Shown here: positions 58,625 to 64,000 of the stretch, piece by piece
Numbering within the stretch: position 1 is the stretch's first letter
Layout of the letters: every line of letters begins with the position of its first letter
IMG/VR virus record: IMGVR_UViG_3300042861_002400
DNA from: an uncultured virus (IMG/VR IMGVR_UViG_3300042861_002400)
Lineage: Duplodnaviria > Heunggongvirae > Uroviricota > Caudoviricetes
Strand: one strand, 5' to 3'
DNA length: 64,000 nucleotides
Notes under the pieces: model-generated
Told to the model about the DNA's origin: nothing
Seen by the model: only the letters and a program-made list of their open reading frames with translations
Database searches by the model: none
Made by a program: the position numbers and the translations under genes

Positions 58625-59482
58625 CTACTTGGCAGCTTTGGCGGCTTGCAGGCCTTTGAGGCAGTCTTCGACGCTCATGATGAACAGGCCACCGGTAACC
58701 GGATCCTTGATCGTCATGGGCTTGCTGCGTCGCCGGGCATCATAGCCAGTCAGGATGAAATCGCGGGACTTCGTCTTGACGTGGGCATTCAAGTCTGCCA
58801 GCGTATAGCCCGGCAGCCGGCCGCTCTCGACGGCCTTGATGAAGTCGCGCACAGCAGGCGTCTTGCCGCCTGCAATGAACTCCAGGGGGAATTTCAGGGT
58901 GTCCGCGTCATACAGGCCATTGCCCAAATGAACACAGACTCCGTATTTCGTCGTCAGCGCGGCCAACAGGGTATCGACTTCCTTGCGGAACAAGGCGGCG
59001 ATCTCTTTCGAGAAGCCAGCGAGTTCCTTGCCTGGCTCCGCAACCGGAGTGAGCTTCGCTTTCGCGACCACTCCGGGATACTTGAACGCGATCGTGTATT
59101 TCCGGGCGCCCCAGTTGATGTGGCAGGCCGTTGCGCCTTTCTCGATCGCAGTGACGAAGTCCTTGGCAGGAATTCGCTCACCGAAGTCGTCGCCGCCAAC
59201 CAGAGTACGGCAATGATTCCAGACGTCATCGCCGTCAGTATCGGGGTTACAGCCTTCGGCGTGGACCACGAGGAGCAGCGCCCCGTTCTTGGTTTTATCA
59301 CGGTTTGGGTTGTCCTGCGCCGGTTCACCATTCGACATCATGTAGATGCCGTCATCGTGAACCAGGCACAGGCAGGGCTCCTTCGTCGGATCCCCATAGT
59401 GAACCCGTTGGGCGGGTGCTTCCATCGTGTGCTTGACGATGGCTTTGAAGTCGTCGTTGATCTTGAATTTCAACATGCCCAT
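58625..59482 (-). CDS. DUF3085-domain protein with additional C-terminal domain
   Basis: LVHDDGIYMMSN...AEGCNP...GGDDFGE is the DUF3085 signature. Confidence 0.75.
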   Translation of the reverse strand: MGMLKFKINDDFKAIVKHTMEAPAQRVHYGDPTKEPCLCLVHDDGIYMMSNGEPAQDNPNRDKTKNGALLLVVHAEGCNPDTDGDDVWNHCRTLVGGDDFGERIPAKDFVTAIEKGATACHINWGARKYTIAFKYPGVVAKAKLTPVAEPGKELAGFSKEIAALFRKEVDTLLAALTTKYGVCVHLGNGLYDADTLKFPLEFIAGGKTPAVRDFIKAVESGRLPGYTLADLNAHVKTKSRDFILTGYDARRRSKPMTIKDPVTGGLFIMSVEDCLKGLQAAKAAK

Positions 59483-59496
59483 ACTGTCCGTCTCCT

Positions 59497-61087
59497 CTAT
59501 GCGTATTGTCCTTGGTTATACCATTTCGCCGGTTGTTCATTATTCATAAAGCGCGTCAGCCGGATTGGTGCTGCTGCCGCCGAGCTATCGAGCATATCAG
59601 AACGGCGGGCCTGGCGCAAGCGTCGATCATTTTTACGATCACGCTCTACGTCAGGCCGGCCCTCACTGTGTTTCCATGATTTACTCATTGCGCCTCCGAC
59701 ATCGTTGGAGTGCTCTTCATGGCCCGATGTATCCTCCTTCTTGAGAGACCACTGCGGCCCGCATGAGCAGCTTGCACAGTACGACCGCCCCGGCGAGTCC
59801 CGCCAGGACGGCGATTAGCGTGATCCAATTCAGCAGCCGCTCGACAGCCGCGGGCAGTGTTTCAACAGGCTGCTCTTCAAGACCATCGTTCAGGCGATCA
59901 ACGTCCCGGTCATAGATGGCCTGGCGGCGCCAGGCGTCACTGATATGCTTCATAATGTAGATACCCTTTTTATATTAATCAGGAATATTGAAGGTGTCCA
60001 GAATGTCAATAACCTTGTCGACAAAGGCGCTGATGCTGCTCGAGTAATCGGCTTCCCAGATATCTGTGTCTTCCAGGTCGTAGGCGTTCGCGATGGCGCG
60101 CCCGGCTTCCCGGCCTGCCGGGCCTACGGCGTATTGGACGCTTGTGCTTGTGCTGAGCGCCCAGATAGCGATGCCGGCTCCGCGGCCGTAGTAGTCGCCA
60201 TTCAATTCGACGGGATCGGCGGTCTTCAATTCGCGCAGCAGATCGCGCAGGCCGATCTGCCGGCGTTTTTCGAAGAGATCCTGTAGCCAGACCGAGCCGG
60301 AGGTGCAGGAATTCTCGACGAGGGCGGTTCTGAGTTTGGCATTCATGTGAATTAATTCCAATTCCTTTCGTGAACAACTACACTGTAGTAAAAGCCCAGG
60401 ACAAGCTGTTTAAAGTCGTCCTGGGCGCCGTGGTAGAAGATCGTTGCGCAGACCTGCTGATCACAGACTGCGCACACTCGGAGGAATCCATCGATATCCA
60501 TTAGGTGTTCCTATTGAAGAGGTACCCGCGCACCAATCCGTCCATCTCGTTTACCGGATTGTTTGTAATGTATGCGCGGGGGTAAATTGTTGCCGATCAG
60601 TCCATGTAATCGAGACATCGTGAAAATGCCTTTTCAGGCGTCTCTTCGACAGCGTAGACTGTGTAGACACCATTCTCGGTGGCTTTGCAGTGCCATCCGT
60701 CGTCTTCAGTCCAGAAGACAGCGGTGACAGTAAAGTCATGCGGAATTGTCGTAGGCGGCTCTGTAATGATTTTGTTGGGCCTGCTCATTTCCAGGATGGC
60801 GCAGAAGACGCTCCCGATGAACAGGGCAGATAGAATCACGATGGCCAGTTTCATGAGAATGGGGCTTTCGGTGTTTTGCATTTCAATCGTTCAGGTGCTC
60901 TGCCGAAGCGTGCGGTTTCGCAGGTCCCCCATTTGGTGGCGCTTATCAGTTTCTGGGTTGTGTTACAACCGAAGCAGTGGCGCTCGCTGGTCCAAAGAAG
61001 ACGCCAGGTGTGACGGTGGCGCTTTGATACGTCTGGCGGGTAACACTTCGGACGATTGGTACAGATGTTACAGTTCGGCGAATCCAT
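59497..61087 (-). CDS. small early genes (59497-59688, 59717-59953, 59975-60361, 60597-60881, 60851-61087)
   Basis: Short ORFs on the dominant strand, two with one TM helix; start positions uncertain. Confidence 0.45.
60390..60426 (-). terminator. terminator-like hairpin
   Basis: Stem GCCCAGGAC/GTCCTGGGC followed by TTTT on the - strand. Confidence 0.6.
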
Positions 61088-61300
61088 ACGGGTCCTCGTT
61101 AAAAATAAAGCAGGCGCCCGGGTAGCACCGAACGCCTGCTGAGTTAATATGTTGGAGGTTTCGTAGCTAACCAAACTCGAACTGATCGGCTCGTCGAGGA
61201 TAATGAGCAGGACTGCTACGTCCCGCATCCTCATTAACTTCGCCGATCAGCACCCATTCGATGTATAACGGTAGTCTAATATTGTGCAGGGGGCGCCTCC

Positions 61301-61347
61301 GTTAAAAATAGGGCCCGCCACCGGATATAAGGGGGCCGGTGGCGGGC
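61301..61347 (-). terminator. terminator-like hairpin
   Basis: 12-bp stem GCCCGCCACCGG/CCGGTGGCGGGC followed by CCTATTTTTAAC on the - strand. Confidence 0.6.
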
Positions 61348-61527
61348 AGGGGTAGAATGCGAACATGATGTGTGCCTGGCATTTGTGGTAGCCCCAGGCC
61401 GGCGCATGGCGCACCTTCCTTTCCGACGCTGGTTAGTCTGAATAGAAGAGTAGGCTACCGCCTACCAGCCTGCCTTGGCAAGCTCAATGGTTCGACCATT
61501 GCGCTTTGGCAAGCCAATATGCGCGGT

Positions 61528-61704
61528 TTAGCAGGTTCCATAGCCAGCCTTCGCTAACCAGTAACCGCGCTTGCCGTTAACCGTTCTCGTGAGCTCGCGG
61601 GAGATCGGCGCTTTGCATCGCCCGAAGGCGCCTCTGGTGGAGGGCTCGACGATGTGGTTGGGGTCGAGCTTGGCTTTCTGGCGACTCGTGAGTTTTTTGG
61701 TCAT
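61528..61704 (-). CDS. 58-aa basic protein (not in ORF track)
   Basis: AAGGAG SD, then MTKKLTSRQKAKLDPNH...WLAKAGYGTC*. Confidence 0.45.
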   Translation of the reverse strand: MTKKLTSRQKAKLDPNHIVEPSTRGAFGRCKAPISRELTRTVNGKRGYWLAKAGYGTC

Positions 61705-62306
61705 TGGAACTACTCCTTGGTTATTGACGTATGGTTGTACACATAAATAAATTGATGGACGCAGAAATAGTAAAGGGATTGCGAGGGCAGTACTCCTCGC
61801 TACTTAGATTGTATCGACCCACATAGAAGGGAGTCGCCATTACCGGTAGACTATTCGTTCATAGGTGATTGAATAGCACGCTGGCCACGCTGGCGACTCC
61901 CAAAAGCACTGTGCGTGTTATTTTACGGCGGACCAGTCGTTTGTCGCGGTATCGCTACGGTCTCCAGGTGTCGTGACTATCATGACTTCTGTATCCTTTT
62001 TATGGGTTTCGAACAGTGTAAAATGAATGAGTATATGTATACCCGTATTTTTGGTCCTAAGGATCTGTGGATCTTAGAACCTTGTTTTCGGCCAATAATC
62101 GGGGTGTAAGATCGGCCTCCGGCGTCTAAGCCTAATTCTCATAAATGCGAGTCCGAAATTACGGACTTAATCGGTTTGTCATATATACTAAAAGTGTTCT
62201 AAAAAAGATAGTATATGTATACTCTTATGGTATTAGTATAAGTATACGCTCTTTTCTAGAGCAAATTTTTGACCCCGTACAAATCGGTTGTGTCCGAAAT
62301 TTTAAA

Positions 62307-62388
62307 AAGTGGGACATTTTGTCACAGTCTAATCATCATGGTCATTATAATAACTATAGTGACTTAAGTGGGACATTTTGTCACAGTC
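62307..62388. repeat. 23-bp exact direct repeat x2 in an AT-rich region
   Basis: AAGTGGGACATTTTGTCACAGTC at 62307-62329 and 62366-62388. Confidence 0.9.
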
Positions 62389-62741
62389 AGCTGACAAATA
62401 CCGATCTTTTGTCAAACTGACAGAGCCAATGAACCGATCTGCCCTCGAATGCACGTGTCAATAGCCCAGAATCCAAGGCTCAAAGACCCCTCATTGGCCG
62501 CCTTGGCGAGATGGGAATCCATGAATCTTTGGATCAATGAATTAAATGGATGCCCGTGCGGGAGGCATGGGCTCGACGGGTTATGCCGCCGCTCCCGCAC
62601 AGGACTGCCCGTTGGGTCTTTGCGGACGGGTGGCCGCGAATCTCTTTGAATCAATGAACCAATGGCTCACAGAGCCGATGTCGACTACCGTTTAATGAGG
62701 CCCCGCCACCCATGGCTGGGTGACGGGGCTGCGGCCTGCGC

Positions 62742-63113
62742 CTAGGCCAGGAACTCTTCCACGCTGGTCCCCAGGGCCAGGTTCCAGCGGGGCGCGTAGT
62801 CGTCCGACTCTTCGAGGACGACGGGCACCTGCACGCCCTTCAGCGCGCCGGAGTCAACCTTGTGCGCCAGGTCGGCCAGATCCTTCGCGCCCAGCATGGC
62901 CAGGCGGCGGCCGAACAGCCGCTTGTTGGTCTCGGCCTTCTCGCCGACGAGGCCCATCTGGGCGGGCGTGCATCCGACGATCACTTCGATCGGCTGATCG
63001 GCGGCGGTCGGGCAGTCTCCGGTCAACCGAACGTATCGGCTGGCGGCGCGTTCTGCCGTCGCGGCGAAGCGGTGCAGGGACGCAGTGGTCACGGTCATGA
63101 TGTATGCGGACAT
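62742..63113 (-). CDS. hypothetical protein, 123 aa; first gene of the leftward block
   Basis: GGAGG SD; followed by a GC hairpin at 62701-62728. Confidence 0.7.
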   Translation of the reverse strand: MSAYIMTVTTASLHRFAATAERAASRYVRLTGDCPTAADQPIEVIVGCTPAQMGLVGEKAETNKRLFGRRLAMLGAKDLADLAHKVDSGALKGVQVPVVLEESDDYAPRWNLALGTSVEEFLA

Positions 63114-63532
63114 AGTGTAGCCTCCAATGCGCGGCCCTGGTCCCCTTGCTCCCCGTCATGGGGTGGCATAGGGGAAAGGATTCTTTGCCGCGCCCAACAC
63201 TCGTCCCTCTTTGCTTGGGGATTTAACGCCCTGCGAAGCAGGGGGTGATGTTTCTTTCCCCGACCAGCCACGTATGCACGCAGGCACATTTTTGCCTAGG
63301 CGATCAGGCCGGCACCCTGTCAGGACAGCCATGAAAAAATATTGCGAAATTCCTGTGGACACCCTTCGAAAATTCTTATATGTTTTCCCTTGACTCAGCC
63401 ACGAGGTACCCACCCGGCACCTCCGACAAGGAGCGGTAGACCCAGATAGGAGGGGTCAGGTATGCGGGTCTGGGCCCGCGGGTACCTCCTGGCGGTCTTA
63501 CGAAGAACCAACGAACCAAAGGAGACAAAGCA

Positions 63533-63715
63533 ATGAACGAGACCGAAAGCAAAGTAGTACGGACACTGATCATCGCTATAGCGGGCGTCATCGTATCAGG
63601 TGTCCTGATCCTATCGATCAGACACATGATCGTCGGGAGGATCGCCATCCAGAACGGCTACGAGCAGGTGCAGCTTGCCGGGACCGAAGGCGTTATGTGG
63701 CAAAAATCAAAGTAA
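63533..63715 (+). CDS. small membrane protein, 60 aa; first gene of a rightward block
   Basis: AAAGGAG SD; one TM helix. A further + ORF begins at 63734 and runs off the window. Confidence 0.6.
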   Translation: MNETESKVVRTLIIAIAGVIVSGVLILSIRHMIVGRIAIQNGYEQVQLAGTEGVMWQKSK

Positions 63716-64000
63716 ACGGAGACCGCACAACATATGCTACCGACCATCCGCGAGCTCATGACGACCCTCACACTTCCCGACCCGGCGGCAATGGCCTGGT
63801 CCTTTGATCCGACCGTCCGGCAGAAAGGCTTCCAGGGAATCGCCATCCCGCGGTTCGTCGATGCATTCGATCGGCCGACCTGCCACCGCTGTCCACTTTA
63901 CTACACGTGCCCGGCCCAGCTGATCGGCGGGCCCAAGCAGGCACCGCGGGCCGGCAGGCTGCGCCGCCTCCTGCTGCGACTGCTGAGGGCGCGCCCTGAG

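Noticed and set aside
61915..62654. ORF-track calls in the AT-rich region
   Set aside because: They have no clear SD, atypical composition and overlap the repeats; treated as non-coding.
1..64000. tRNA/rRNA genes, integrase or transposase, introns/inteins, stop-codon reassignment
   Set aside because: None were recognised by eye. Conserved genes are intact under the standard code and end in TAA, TAG and TGA. A tRNAscan/Infernal run is needed to exclude RNA genes formally.

Overview
The window is about 64 kb of a GC-rich tailed dsDNA bacteriophage with a podovirus-like layout; the host cannot be identified from the sequence. From 1 to 18.3 kb on the + strand is the end of a virion/ejection-protein cluster, dominated by a 5142-aa polyprotein carrying motifs of a single-chain two-barrel (DxDGD) RNA polymerase, an apparently circularly permuted DUF4326 module and a Dda/RecD-like SF1B helicase. 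From 18.3 to 46 kb on the - strand are replication, recombination and nucleotide genes: RuvC-like resolvase, DUF5664, RdgC-like, lytic enzyme, HD hydrolase, primase-helicase, PolA, Cas4-like nuclease, SF2 helicase, ligase, C5-methyltransferase, PAPS reductase, Rad50-like ATPase and a NadV + NadM-Nudix NAD+ salvage pair. From 46 to 63 kb on the - strand is a dense run of small early genes punctuated by hairpins, ending in an AT-rich repeat region and a strand switch near 63.3 kb. The most notable element is a stand-alone Cas7/RAMP-like gene (50688-51272) followed immediately by a 340-nt non-coding array with 5-nt periodicity (ten 31- or 36-nt units, each NNNGGC followed by 5-6 NNNGC). The cassette is bracketed by two 63-bp hairpin-containing direct repeats and is a candidate non-CRISPR RNA-guided (VIPR-like) system. 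Two paralogous histone-fold-like genes and a structured intergenic RNA candidate are also present. All functional calls rest on motif recognition by eye; no searches were run.
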